64,000 bases of DNA from Phallusia mammillata (GCA_965637545.1 OZ281496.1:17732001-17796000); one strand, 5' to 3'; numbered from the stretch's first letter, positions 36,062 to 49,432 are shown. The notes: a model not told the origin generated them from the sequence alone. Program-made: numbers and translations.

Positions 36062-39004
36062 CATACATAAACAATTGAGTAAATTCCAGGCGCAACTTTA
36101 ATTTTTGTTTTGGCTAGAAGCTTCACGCAATATTTAATTTGCCCCTAGCTACCTTCGCCGTTTTAAGGAAGTTTTAATCATGTTTGCTGACTCAGGCAAA
36201 AATAAACTTGTTTCCTGCAAAAAAATCTTCTTCAAAAAATCAAACTATTGCAAACCTCTTACATGTCAAAGACATTTCAGTTTGAGAAAATGCGTGTACA
36301 AAGAGAAAACTAACATATGTGGGGATAGCCTTAACAGATCACAACAAAACGAAAAAATCGTACTTTTCCAGTCCAAGCACAAATAGAGTTATCAAACTTT
36401 TGATATTGTACGCTTGTTTTATTTCTATACTGACCAATAGGCGCAAAGGACTTTGTTCCTGCGTACCGACTGTGTTTTTCATTCATGCATGTTTAAAAAG
36501 CAATTTAACTTTTCAAGACAGTGTATTTTTTATTCGGTATCAGCAAGAACCGCAGTGCTAAACCATCCTGTCAATTTTCTGGTATAATGCTAGCGCTTCA
36601 TCGGCATATGCCACCGGTTTCTGTTTAACAGTTGCTTTGAATCTAATTCGACACCCCAGCAGTGACGAAAGACACACATGTAATTCTGCCACTATCCAGC
36701 GCCTACAGTAGGTCAAATTATTAAATAAGGTCCAAATAGAATAAACCTTTGAAGACATAGCACTTGTTGTACCCCATGTCGACGGCTATATTTATCCATT
36801 TTAACTCGTTGCGAGACGGGATACGAGCGTTTTGCACGATGTGCTCGCAAATGTGGGCATGTTTTATAAACTGACTAAGATACATATTTGGTGTTTTTGT
36901 AAAGGTGTCCAAAAGCTTAAATGTAAGCACTTTTTGCGAACTTTGCAGAGGCCAAAATGTGCACCAGACTTGATTAACTTATTGTTTTAACTTTGGCCAC
37001 AGTCCTTGTTCCCCAACCTTTACAAAAACACCAAATATGTATCTTAGTCAGTTTATCAAACGCTAAGTCATTCATTCTTAAGATCTTGAGATATTTATAG
37101 TTTTGCCATGATGGCATTATCAGTATCTGAAAGCGAGTGTAAGCAAATTAATAAACATATGGTTCATTAAAGTCGTTATCTACCAAGCAACATAAACCTT
37201 TCCCGATGTTGAAAATTAACACATTGACACTTTAATTAATGTTGGTGACACTTTAATTAATGTTGCACTTTATGTGTTTGACACGGCCCTTTAAGCGTTT
37301 TCCAGGTCGACATGTCTTCCACTCGGTGTTTCCCTTTTTCTCTTAAAGGTATACTCATAGTACATTATTGACGCCATACATGCTCCATCAGTAAAAACCG
37401 TCGTGTCAAGGTGGCAGATGTGCTTGTCAGTTTGTGCTTCCAAGTTAGTGTATAAAACTATAAAGGCCATGTTAGTAAAGGTATTTTCCCGGTTGAATAG
37501 GTATTTTCCCGGTTGAATAGGTATTTTGTTTATGTGATATATCGTGGTGTAATGATTGACTAGGGTTTTCAATGTTTTATTTTTGCACTATCCTAGTTTG
37601 CTTTAGTGTTTTTACCATGAAAAAAGGCCCCTGCGTTTCAAGTTTCAGCGAAGGCCTGTCGATTTTTTTGTTGAATAAATACGCTAAATAAAACGTGATA
37701 GCGATCAGGCACCAACCTTGGTAAAAAAACAACGATGAAAGTCAACAAAAACACTTTTAACTGTCGCCAAAGAACGTCAATGCAACAACGCAGTTTTCTA
37801 TAGTCAGTTTTGGCTACAAAGGGTGGTGTATGTTACGAAACACTTTCGTTCGCAAAATCATCGCTCCGATTTCCTTATTGAAACGCTGCGCATTTTTGAG
37901 GTCATCTACGAATGTGTTAATTGCCTACGCCAGTTGTACAGCAAACAGCTAAAAGTATTTAATATATGTTTGCACTCCTTGTTTTCTACAACTTTACCTT
38001 TTTCCATGTAGGAAAAAAATCGAATTCGTTTAAACCAATTTATTGACATATTTCCGCACAGACAACCACTGCTTTGCTCAAGTTGATTCGCTATTACTGG
38101 CCTGTGCGGTCAGTCACTGAGATTTTTGCAAGTATAATTTGGATGCTGTCAACAGCTTCCTCTTGACCTGCGTGCTGTCAACTGCAGCGATTGCACGAAT
38201 TTCATCGCGTCAGCGGTTTCCTGACGCAATGTGAGCAATTAGACACGCAGCCCTTGGTTTACAATGGCGTCCTAACTGCGCTCTTGCAACTGAACTTACG
38301 TGTTCGGTTGTATGATTTGCTGCATATGTCGGCGACAGCGTTGCAAGTCAATTTTATTGTTTGGTCTTGTTTTAGCGCATTGCTCAGAAACAACAGAAGA
38401 GCACGTGAGGGTGTAACGCTACATTGATACGATTTCAAAAAGATATTGGAATCGAAAAGGTTTTGCATGATAATTCTGTTTCGCCTAAAAGATTACCAGT
38501 AACAAACGAAAGGTAAAAACAAACAAATAAACAAACGTCGTAAGATCCCGTAATTAAATAAAGCTTCGAGACACTTACCTTCCACGGTTGATGCGAAACA
38601 ACCGCACTGACAATCAAAATTTGAGATGGTTTGAAGGTTGAGATAGTTTGCAAAAAACTGTCTTTTTACCACAAAACAGCCGACATTAATTTACATTTGC
38701 CCCTTTTTAATTATTACATTGTTGTTTATAGATTTTAGGTACTAGGCCTGTTGGGCAGTAAAACGATTATCAAATCAACTTGTTCACAACACCGCTACTT
38801 TGTTTTGTTAGAAATGTTGTTTTTTGTTGCAATCTTAAATTGGTTGATCGTACCAGCTGCATGCTATTCGGCTTGTAAGTTTAGAAGTAATGAACAGCAA
38901 TAGTTAAAATGTTAAAAGTAGCTGTAAACTGTTGCCTTAAAAACAGCTTTTAATTTAATTTGGTTCAGGCAACAGCATACAACGGTATGATGTTGTTTTT
39001 GCAG

Positions 39005-42000
39005 GGTTCAACTGCGATGATGCAGGGCCCAGTCTTTACGCTTTCGCGTTTTGCGATGGCATTCCCGCTTGCCACGATGGAAGTGATGAGAAACAATTTA
39101 CATTTTCTACTTCACCTCAAAACTACATCAGGCAAATATCAGGCTCCGAAAACATAGCAAAACCAAAAAAATTAGGAGTTTTAGGCTTTACAGTCATGAC
39201 GTGAATAACTTTTGAAAAAAAAAACATTGTGGAAACCTGTTTAATCCTTAAACTAAGTTATACATACAATAATAATCGCCGCACTTTACAGCTGCGACAA
39301 CACAAGGAACGAACAAACGAAGGTTTGCGCATTACGAAGGCGTGAGTATTGCAAAGGAAAAATTTCATGCCGGAATAAAACATTGTGTGACAGTGGGTGC
39401 CCATCCCACTTTCTCTGTCCAAATTCACACTGTTGGAAGCGTTCGACTGTGTGTGATGGCAATCCTTGTAATGACTGTCCTGCGTTTCAACACTGGAATA
39501 ACGGCTACGGCTTCAAATGTGTCAAGAACAACCGGACTTGCTTACTTCCCCAAATGTTCCTGTGGGATGGAGTAAAAGACTGCGATAATGGCTCTGACTT
39601 ATGTTACACACCCGAAAATGATGATGGCAGGTACAATAATTTTGTTCGTTGCCAGTTTGCTTTACTTTTGCTTGTTTTGTCTCACCAAGCGGCGATCATA
39701 TCAATTTTTTTCTCTCGCGTTTAGCTATCAGACACTTTTACCGTAGCACTTTGAAAAGCAGACAAATATGGTATATTAAAATTACCTGAAAACCTCTAAA
39801 TACGAAACAGCTTTAATTGTAATTGTGTCAAATAGGTTTCTTTTTAGGTTAATGTAGCATGTGATAGAAAAAACATGGGAAAAGAATCAACTAATAATCC
39901 ACATCATGTGTAAAAATAGCCTATTTGTGTCTAAATATCTTTAGCGATCTGACTTAAGAGTTTGTGGTTCCCTAAAAATATGATTTTGCATGCAGAAAAA
40001 ATATTGTTTCGTTCATAGAGACTTGCGTGAGTTTTTGAACGTCTCATTCAACAACCAATTGTGCTTTCAATGCAAAAGTGATTCGATGGTCATTTCAAGA
40101 TCAAGTGTGTGTGATGGCGTTGGAGATTGTCCTGATATGAGCGATGAATGTGATTGTGATGAAAAGGTTCCCAATAATTGTGAAAATGAAACAAAAGTCT
40201 CAATATACAAACGGTAGGTTTGTTTATTCACACAAAAAAACAGCAAAACTAATATAATTTGTTTAGTTGCAACTGTTTCGACATTCATGGCACTTGTCAC
40301 AATAAATTGTATCAAACCAACTCTTATTGTGCACTGACTCATAATGAGGTGTGCAACGCACATGCATCATGTGAGGGAATTTCCCCGTGTGAGTATCTCT
40401 GCCCCTCCCACTTTTGGTGTTCGAAATCAGTTTGCTGGAAGCGTTCATCAGTGTGTGATGGTAATCCATGTAACAACTGCCCTTCCCTGTCCCGAGCAAA
40501 CGGACATGGCTTTAAGTGTATCCGAAACGGCAAAACGTGTACGTTGCCTCAGCAGTTGTTGTGGGACACCATTCAGGATTGCGACGATTCAGCTGATTTC
40601 TGCTTCACACCAGTTTCCGAAAAACTGAAAGGAGATCCCAGGTATGTTTAAGTAACATTAAATACCCCCAAAATATCGAGAATTCACAATTTGTTATTTT
40701 AATTGCAGAGATATTCGCAGTTTCGTTGGTGTCACTTTCAATCACACTTTGTGCTTCCAATGCATAAACGACCCCATGATTATTTCAAGGTCAAGTGTGT
40801 GTAACGGGGTCATTGATTGTCCTGATAAGAGCGATGAGTGTCTTTGTGAAAAGGTGGAACTCAAAGATTGCAAAAAGTTTCGACTGTACGTGTCACAAGT
40901 TTAGTATATTGTAGTTATTTTGAAATTATGATTTGTGACAAAACATTTTTTTGGCAGTGCTAATTAATTTGAATATTTTCAGTGTCAATAAAAGCGTAGA
41001 GGCCGTCTGCACAACCCCAACAACAACTAACGTCACTGTTAAAGGCGGTTGGTGGTGCCGATATATCGTAAACACACATATTCTATGTTTGAATTTTACT
41101 TTTTGTGTTTTGCTGTTAAGAACCACTATTTTTGCTTGAGCTAGTCTATTCGTTTCTTTGTTTGTATCTTAGACGGCATGATAAATTTTGACCAAATATT
41201 CTTTACTTATAAAAATGTTTCTTTTTTGTTGTGTCAGTGTCACTAACACACTGTTTTTAGCGTCAGTTGAAACTGCATGACTAACTGCAATTTTGCAAAC
41301 CAAAAATACTCTATGCTGCCATATGTAAAAACATCTTTTGCCATAAAAAACAAGTAAGTTTATGTGGTGTTTTTCAACTTTGTTTTACAATTTCTCGATT
41401 AGACAATAAAGAAGATATGCGACGGGAAACAAGATTGCAGATCCGCTATTATCCTTGAGGGTACACGTTTCCGTCACGATGAGGATCCTCGTCTGTGCAT
41501 TCATCGCAAACATTGTATCACTACCGACGGTCTTCTCAACATCCCTCAATTTCAAGTTTGTGATGGCGTCATTAACTGCCAAGACGGAAGTGACGAAACT
41601 GTGAACGAAATTACCGAGCAATTTAGGTCAAAAGTTTGTGACGGTTTCGTAGATTGCAAAGACCGGAGTGACGAACATCCTCAAACTTGCGCCCACCAGG
41701 ATAGAGTCATTTGCTCAGCGTTAAATGGAGCTAAAGTATGTTGCTTTGGTAAAGTTTCGACTCGAAGTAAAAACAAATTCCATGGTATTTAGGTTTCCAT
41801 CAGCAAAGCAGAGATTTGTGATTTTGTAATAAACTGTGACGATCAAAGTGACGAAAAGAACTGCACCAAGGACGGGAGGTTCTATTGTGAAAACAAACAA
41901 CCTCTGTTTGTTAAGAAAGAAAAGGTAGTTTGGAACACTATATACGGATCTGTTCATAAGTTTAATGGTGAAAATAGCGGCCCAAATAGACGTAAAAAGC

Positions 42001-43937
42001 GAGATGCTTAATGATAAAAAGGTGCGAAACAAGCGTTGCATAAAAACGATAGATAAAAAGGTGCGCAGAAGCGAGGTGTAAGCCACCTGCGAGTGTGCGC
42101 CTGACGAAACAGGTTTATCTGTCGTTTTTATGCGACGCTTGTTTCGCACCTTTTTTATCATTCGGGTATAACTGATGTGGCCTTCATATCACTGATGATT
42201 GCATGAGCATTTGCCGAAACGTTTGAACAATAAAGCATGTCGCTTTTTACGTCTATTTGGGCCGTTATTTTCACCATTAAACTTAAGAAGAGGTATTGTT
42301 TCCTACTATTATTACTGAGTAGTGATTGCTAAAATATCTTTAACAGAAATTCAACGGAATTGGCGATTGTTCTGATTGGAGTGACGAATGTCCGACAAAG
42401 TCGGCACGAACAGATGGAAATATTTTCTTCTCGCGATACGAACTGATTGCTAATCCATTGTTACGGGCTTTTGTGTGGATAATGGCATTTCTCGCATTAT
42501 TTGGAAATTTGGTACAGTAGAACTGAAACATTTTTGTAACAAACGGTGTAAAACTCGGTTTGATACTTAGTTTCATTACAGATAGTCATCGTTACAGAAA
42601 CAAAAACGTTGGTGGCAACAAAAATGCAAACGGCTGCATTTCGAACCAACCATCTTCTTGTACTAAATCTATCTGCTTCCGACCTGCTTATGGGAGTTTA
42701 TCTGCTCATGCTGGGAGCGGCTGGTGTGCACTACTCAGGAAACTACTGTGCCAATGACCTTGTTTGGAGGTCAAGTGCGAGTTGCACTACAATGGGGATC
42801 TTGGTTTCCGTGTCCAGTGAAACATCAGTATTTACAATGGTTCTGTTGACATTATTTCGTTTGTATGCCGTAAAGAACGTGAGTACTTCAGTTGTTAATA
42901 TGCACACTTTCGTATTTTTAAGAAAACAAAACACATTTTGCAGCCATTTAATGCATCTCTACATCCAAACCGCGTAGTTGGTATTCTCACTATTGTTTTG
43001 TCTTGGTTATTTTCATGTACACTGGCCTTTATTCCCCTTACGTCCCAATTCCAACATTTGTTTGAAACCCAGGCCTGGATGAAAGAAAACCCGTTTTTCC
43101 AAAATGCAGCTGTCAATTTTCCAAGTAAGCAAGATTAAAATTTTGTATCAACCAGTATTTTGTCATTTGAGGCATCATTATATTTTTATAGGTATGCAAA
43201 CTTTCATGGAAAAATTTGTAGTTGTTCAACATAATTTTTCTGTCAACGAATCCAGGGCACTTGTGACACTAAAAAATATTTATTCCTGGAAAGATTTTGT
43301 AAATGTTTTGGAAGATTACAACTACACACAAATGTTTGACATCGCAGGACATTTCGGGTATGCAATTAACATGTAAGTTATGCAATATTGCGTTTTTACA
43401 GTTCTGAATTGTGTTCCACAGATACTACAGCACCAACAGCGTTTGCATAAGTAAACTTTATGTAAAACCGACCGACAAAGCTTGGGCATATTCTCTTGGT
43501 ATCATCATTCTCAACTTTTTAGCTTTTCTCTTTGTGGCTGTGACGTACATTTGGATTTACAAAAAGTCAGTTGCCAGTAGCAGGCACGTGAACGAAATGG
43601 CAAGAAATCAAAGAGCGGAAAAACAAAGCCAAGGTAAACAAACCTTAAGAGAAAAGTTTATGTACCACTGAAACACAGTTTAATTTAAATTTGCACAACA
43701 GAAATGCAGAAGAAAATACTTCGGTTAATCTTTACTGATTTTTTATGCTGGATTCCAATTTCGATAACGGCGTTCTTGAACTTTGGTGGAGCAACTGTAC
43801 CCCCTGAGATGTACGCAGTTTCAGCAATAATTCTGCTTCCGATTAACAGCGCCCTCAATCCTCTTGTTTACTCAAACGCCCCGAAAATGCTCTACGTTTG
43901 TATACGTGAGCATTTAAGTTGCGACGTCAACAGTTAG
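39005..43937 (+). CDS. LDL-receptor class A repeat GPCR, gene 2, multi-exon (5' end not located)
   Basis: GT-AG exons at about 39005-?, 39291-39630, 40019-40213, 40267-40641, 40710-40886, 41403-41734, 41793-41924, 42348-42511, 42582-42878, 42943-43126, 43192-43358, 43421-43633 and 43702-43937. They encode LDLa repeats then a 7TM (FVWIMAFLALFGN, LNLSASDLLMGVYL, TDFLCWIP, LPINSALNPLVY). Confidence 0.88.
41959..42283. mobile_element. Fold-back MITE in an intron of gene 2, TA-flanked
   Basis: Arms AGTTTAATGGTGAAAATAGCGGCCCAAATAGACG.. and its reverse complement pair over >100 bp; TA on both sides. Confidence 0.8.
42187..42225 (+). ncRNA. Degenerate minimal hammerhead motif in a ~70-bp insertion
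   Basis: UCA CUGAUGA U UGCA-UGAGCAUU-UGCC GAAA CGUU UGA, followed by AATAAA; palindromic AACGUU stem III; one stem II mismatch. Confidence 0.5.
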
Positions 43938-44393
43938 AACCTCGCCAACGAGTAAACGTGGTAGTTGTGGACGAAACTGCGTTTTAAAAGATACGTATGG
44001 AGAAACTCTGCGTAAATACGCCAAATTGTACTTTGTCAGCCATGTACATAACTGTTATCATGTATTTAGTGTTGCTAGAAAAGTGTTTTACTAGATTGTA
44101 ACATTTTAGATGCTGTTACGAAGTTTTAGTACTGTTTTAAGTTTTACGCCTTTTAAAAAAGTGTGGTATACACGACTTGCAATAAAAAGTGTAAATACGT
44201 TTGTGAGTTCAGTTTACTTTTTGTTCGGTATAACTATAAGAGCATAGATGCAAACGATATCTTCTTTTGGCGAGAAGATATATTTTATTTTTTTAAATAT
44301 TTTTGTCAGAAGGCTAGGTAGCGTGCACAACATCCTCCGGATATAAATAAGGGTCGAAAAATCAGCAACTTGAAACACAACAAACATTTACAC

Positions 44394-44814
44394 CAGTGGT
44401 TCCCAAACTTTTTCATATTTTTTTTAAAACGGTCCCTTTGCCATTATTTCGAGGGCTCGCGGTCCTTAAGCCTAAATGTGCATTTCATGAAAACAAAAGT
44501 TGATTGCAGGATTTTAGCCAGATATGCAAAATTGCGCATAACAATCATTCAAAGACAGCATGTGACATCACAAAGAGGACAAAAACATTACGATTGTGCG
44601 CGAACAATCGCATTTTTGATAGTTGTTATTCAATAAAGGCCATCGTTTAGCAATGGAGACAGTCGATTCTCAATTCTACTTTGATTTTAAACTTATTTAG
44701 TGGCACAAACTGACGCCACATAAAATTATAGAGCTACTTCAACCGCTTTGCGGTCCCCCCAAAATTGCCTTACGGACCCCTAAGGGACCGCGGACCCCAG
44801 TTTGGGAACCGCTG
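44394..44814. mobile_element. hAT MITE (421 bp)
   Basis: TIR CAG(T/C)GGTTCCCAAAC; perfect TSD ATTTACAC; opposite-orientation relative of 31502-31863. Confidence 0.93.
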
Positions 44815-44837
44815 ATTTACACACAGTTTCACAGAAA

Positions 44838-46800
44838 CTATTCCTGAAACAGAAATGGAAGACGCCGTGGGTCTCTACCGAACTTGTCAATGATCTTATT
44901 AATTAGCACATCTTTCTGTTGTTTTATTTTATCGCGGTGAACACTGAGCTTACAGATGCCGGACAATCGTTGATCACTCATGGTTGTTCTTAACCAGGTC
45001 TTTACCCTGCGAAGGGTACTGAAAGACCGTTCAACTTCGCATGAAGTTGCAGACAGCGTCAGTGCGATGAGGATAGCTTTGCGCACTGCAGGAAACATGT
45101 TGGTGTGCTTCACCAGCTCTATCATGCCTAAGGAGCTGCTCAGTGGCCTCTGTACGTCATACCACGCTAGACTTTCTTCGACAAGATTGTCAATGCCATA
45201 CATTTCCTTTACAGATGGAACGATGTGTTTAAACTCCCGTCTTTTGCTGCATTTCTTTGGGGTGCAATTTGAAAATGTTGAAATACGGTTTGTTGCTATC
45301 ACTAAAGCGAATTTCGAGAGATTGGATCAAGGAATCCATGTAAGGGATATATATATAGGTGGTACGACGATAATATTTATCAATGGTGCCTCCCACATTC
45401 GACCGGTGGATCTGGCGTGCGCATCGCCTGGGTACAGTCATGTCGAAACCAGGTTTATCTGCCAGAGTTTTTACCTCGGGCATGATATCCTCTGAAAACA
45501 CACGCTCAGCTCCCTCTCTGTGAGCCCGGAAAGCTTTCAACAACAGGTCAATATGATTTCGAACCTTTCGAACCCCAAACATGTCCATGTCAACTGCCTG
45601 TAGCAGTTGGGTAACTGGCTCCAGCATTGCCGAGTACTTCGCAATGATCTTCAGACAGATGAGAAACACTGTGGTTCCTGCTGTACACTTAAGCTGATGT
45701 GCTGCCGCGTACTTTGTGACTCGTTCTGATTTATCTCAAGTAGCTCCAGTTATATATAGATTGCACAAAAGTTCTCTGAAAACTTGCGAATGCTTCGCTC
45801 TCCATCTGGTATCACACAACAAAGGTACACTCGAAACGAGCCTCCTGCGCTTTGAACTTTCACGGAAAAATTTGATGATAGACTTCACAGTCCCAGTTGT
45901 GTGGCTAACATCTGCGACGGAATTTAAATCGTTAACGATCAAATTAAGTCAATGTGCGGAGCAGTGCGCGAAAGTGGCTTTGGGTTAGATACTTTTAATA
46001 CGGGCATGAACACCGTTGTCTTTTCCTGCCATTCTTGAGCATCCATCGTAGCCTTGGCCACACAGTTTGTTCAGATTAAGACCAAATTTTTTTGCTTCGT
46101 TCATAATAGCATCTGCAATTGTGGCAGCATCCATCCCTTGAAGAGGAATGAAACCAAGAAATTCCTCACGTATGGTGGCTAGGTCATTTTGCTGACCTTG
46201 CAGATCAACAAATCTTACACCGATCGACAGCTGCTCGGTGCCTGAATCGTCTGCAGTTTCGTCTGGAATATTGGAAAATCCGGTTGAAGTATTTGCTGCT
46301 TCTACAACTCCATCTCTCACTATTTCTTCAGAGAGATTTATCAACTCGTTCTGTATACGAACGGATGTGTATCTTGCATTTTTGCTTGCGCTCTCCATGT
46401 GATCCTTCACGATAGTGTCCCCTGCTTCTACTCTGAAGGAGGTCGAAGAAGTTACCCGAGTTACTTTCCTTCCCCCTGAGTGCAATGTTATGACTGCAGC
46501 AAAACAGGATGCTGGATAGGATAGGAAGAAGTTTCTTACGTTTTTTTGTGACTACTTTGGCAACTGCTTCAGCCATTTGACTCGAGATTGACACCTCTGG
46601 GTTTTGCACGGCGTTGAGAAAACCTGTACGATCTTGCAATGCGCCTTTGTGCCAGGAGGAAGCCATGTGATTTCTCGCGCATTCATTGAAATCTTTATAC
46701 TTAATAAAAGGGGTCACAATAAACGCGCCCATTTTGCCTCGATGCAATGGTTGAGGAACCAACACACAATACTTGTACAGAGCACCTTTCAAAACGCTTG
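44838..46800 (-). pseudogene. hAT transposase relic (ZMYM1/PRKRIR-like), multiply frameshifted
   Basis: Fragments give NIALRG, KNARYTS..IQNELI, DETADDSGTEQLSI.VRFV, CGQGYDG, LCDTRW and the C-terminal SATSCEVERSFSTLRRVKTWLRTTM dimerisation motif. TIRs not identified. Confidence 0.9.
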
Positions 46801-47459
46801 AATAGGCCAGCCATGGAGAATATTGGTCAATGCACGCGTGGCGAAATGAGCGGGAGCCATGAGATTCGCTGTTATAATTGTATTCGTTTGAAACACAACA
46901 AACATTTAGAACCTATGAGTAGAAAGTGCGAGGTCTCATGCAGCGTAAAATTAATTCGAAGACTAATATTGTGACGACACCGAACTTCCATACAATCACG
47001 TGACCAACTAAAAATAACTCGTTTTTTATTTGTGACGTTAATACACGATACTTTTCAACATTTTAGATCTTTGCATGTGATAAAAATGAAGGCCTTGTTT
47101 GATTTCGTTTGTCAGTTTTATCAAAAGTGGCAAAAACATGCGTTAAGCATGCAACCAGATTTACTCTCAAGGAGCCGGTTTGAAAATGTGTTAATAATGT
47201 CACAATGTCCGTTTCCACTTGCATTTTGCGATTGTGCTGTTTACATCATGTTGATATGAGAAGTGTGACTGTGGTGGATGATACCTTTCACCCATGACTG
47301 CGGAATAATGGCGTTTGTTTACTTGAAATACACAAACACTTATTTTGCAGAGAACAACTTGCTTACATTGTTTACATAACCGTGAGTGGGAGTAACAGGT
47401 CCATGGTGAAAGTTTCAATACTTGGAAGACATTAGTCTTGTCGCCATGGAAACGCTTGG

Positions 47460-49200
47460 TAAACTGGCTTGATACGGTTTTGTGCCTGACAATTCGGTTT
47501 TACGTCTGACAACAAATAACGAAATCTTTACCGCGAATGGAATTTGGTAAACACAGCACGGGGTTGAACTTTATTGTTTTACGTAACCGCATCATTTTCT
47601 ATGTTACCATTACTTTATCCCTGTAACGTAGTTACATTTTTCACATATTAAAACAGTTTCGCTTTCCCCAAAGCTGTCGTTTTTTCCCGTTGATCTTGAA
47701 CTCCAAGCTCCAAGTCGTGAGTGGGTCCGAAATCGGGTCCCAAACCAGCCCTTTTACAAATAAAACTGGAAAAAGGCCCGAAAATAGATCTGTTTACCAA
47801 AGGGAAATTTCGACACAAATTGTGCACAGTGTTACGTAAAGTCCAAATCAAGTCTATATTAAAAATGTGTGATTGACACTGACGTTTGAGAAACGCCAGA
47901 ACGAAATATCACGAGCAATTCTGCAACGTATGTTATTGTCTTCATAATTTATACTGTTCTCGTGCAAGTTCGGTAGATTCCAGTGTATTTATAACCCCGC
48001 ATGTTGGATATGGAAATGTGTGATTGACATTACCGCTTGCAAAACGACAAAAACACATTTTTTTCACAACCAATTAATGATGAAATTTATTATTCAAAGT
48101 ACTGAATACATTAAAACGCAATTCCTGCAAACTCCATCATTTTTAAGCTGTTTGAATAATACGTCGAAAATGAATAACTGTTGCCTTCATAAAACGACAT
48201 TTGATAATGGTGAACTACTTGTGAATCAATAACTGATGAAAACTGAATGCCATTTTTTTCAAAATGACGATCCATTCCACAAACCGATTTAGCATGTCAA
48301 CTATTCGTGGCGCAATGAGATTGGGTTGTGCCACTTGGTGGGGTAAATTCGGAGTTTGTGGGCGATACTTGGTCGATGAAACATATTGGTACCCGGGCTT
48401 TTTTGGTCCCAGTTGCCACTAAACAGCTGTGGAAAAAAATCAATAAACTCAATTAGAAATTCTGTCAAATACTGGTTTGTACGCTTTTGCGGATAAAACA
48501 GTGTAATTCTATTTTGATATGGTTTAGCGCCTGACAACAAATGGCGTCACCCTTACCGCGAATTTAACTTGGTAGACGCAGCAGGGGGTTGAAATTTATT
48601 GTTTTACGTAACAGCATCATTTTTATTTTACTATTACATTATCCCTCTATCCATTACTTTATCTCTGTGACGTACTTAGATTTTTTTCACATATTAGAAC
48701 TGACTCGCTATCCCATACGCTGTCGTTTTTTTTCCATTGATCTTGACCTCCAAGCTCCAAGTCGTAAGCGGGTCAGAAATCGGGCCCGAACCAGCCCTTT
48801 TACAAATAAAAGTGAAATAGGGCCCTAAAATATGTTTGGTTTTCCTGGGGAAATTTCGACACAAATGTGGCTGAGTCTAAAGTAAGGTCAGAATTAAGTC
48901 TGTTTCATCAATGTGTGATTGACACTGACGTTTGGGAAATGCCAGAACTAAATAGCACGAGCAATTCTGTAACGTCAGTTATTGTCTGTATAATTTATAA
49001 TGTCGTTGTGGAAGTTCGGTGGATTCCAATGTATTAATAATCGCGCATGTAGTACATGGAAATGGATGAGTGACGTTACCGCTTGCGAAACGACAAAAAC
49101 ACACTTTTTCACAAACAACAACAGATGAAATTTATTATTCAACGTACTCATATAAATTAAAACGCAATTTCGGCAAACCCCATAACTTTTTTGCTGTTTA
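47460..49200 (+). repeat. Direct duplication of a ~650-bp block at ~1.03-kb spacing
   Basis: CTGACAACAAAT..TTACCGCGAAT..GGGGTTGAA.TTTATTGTTTTACGTAAC.. at ~47507 and ~48530, collinear to ~48130 and ~49170. Confidence 0.85.
48289..48426 (-). pseudogene. Orphan last exon of the discoidin gene with a premature stop
   Basis: TTCCACAG|LFSGNWDQKSPGTNMFHRPSIAHKLRIYPTKWHNPISLRHE*LTC*; no upstream exons seen. Confidence 0.88.
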
Positions 49201-49432
49201 GAGAGGATATAGATGATTTTTTAGTTATGTTTCACTTTGTTTGTGCCTCTTTGCGATTCACTTTTATAAAATCGACTCTTGCTCTTGTGATTTCTATTTT
49301 TAGTACCTTTTTAATTGCTCAATCACTTTAAGTTGCAAAACAATCCATATAAATCACTGTAAAAAAAACTAGCCGTTTTGCGGGATACTGTGTGACCAAA
49401 TTGAATTTAAAACCATCATCCAAGTCCTCAGA

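Noticed and set aside
37291-37572. ORF with TVFTDGAC, resembling the first RNase H motif
   Set aside because: No further RNase H or RT motifs in any frame nearby.
38080-38235. Candidate signal-peptide exon of GPCR gene 2 (NSFLLTCVLSTAAIA..|GTGAGC)
   Set aside because: An in-frame TGA lies upstream and I found no ATG or clear acceptor, so the gene 2 start is left unresolved.
48230-48250. Other CTGATGA/CTGAAGA cores (e.g. ~19812, 48234, 54146, 62338)
   Set aside because: No stem II plus GAAA plus stem I pairing around them.
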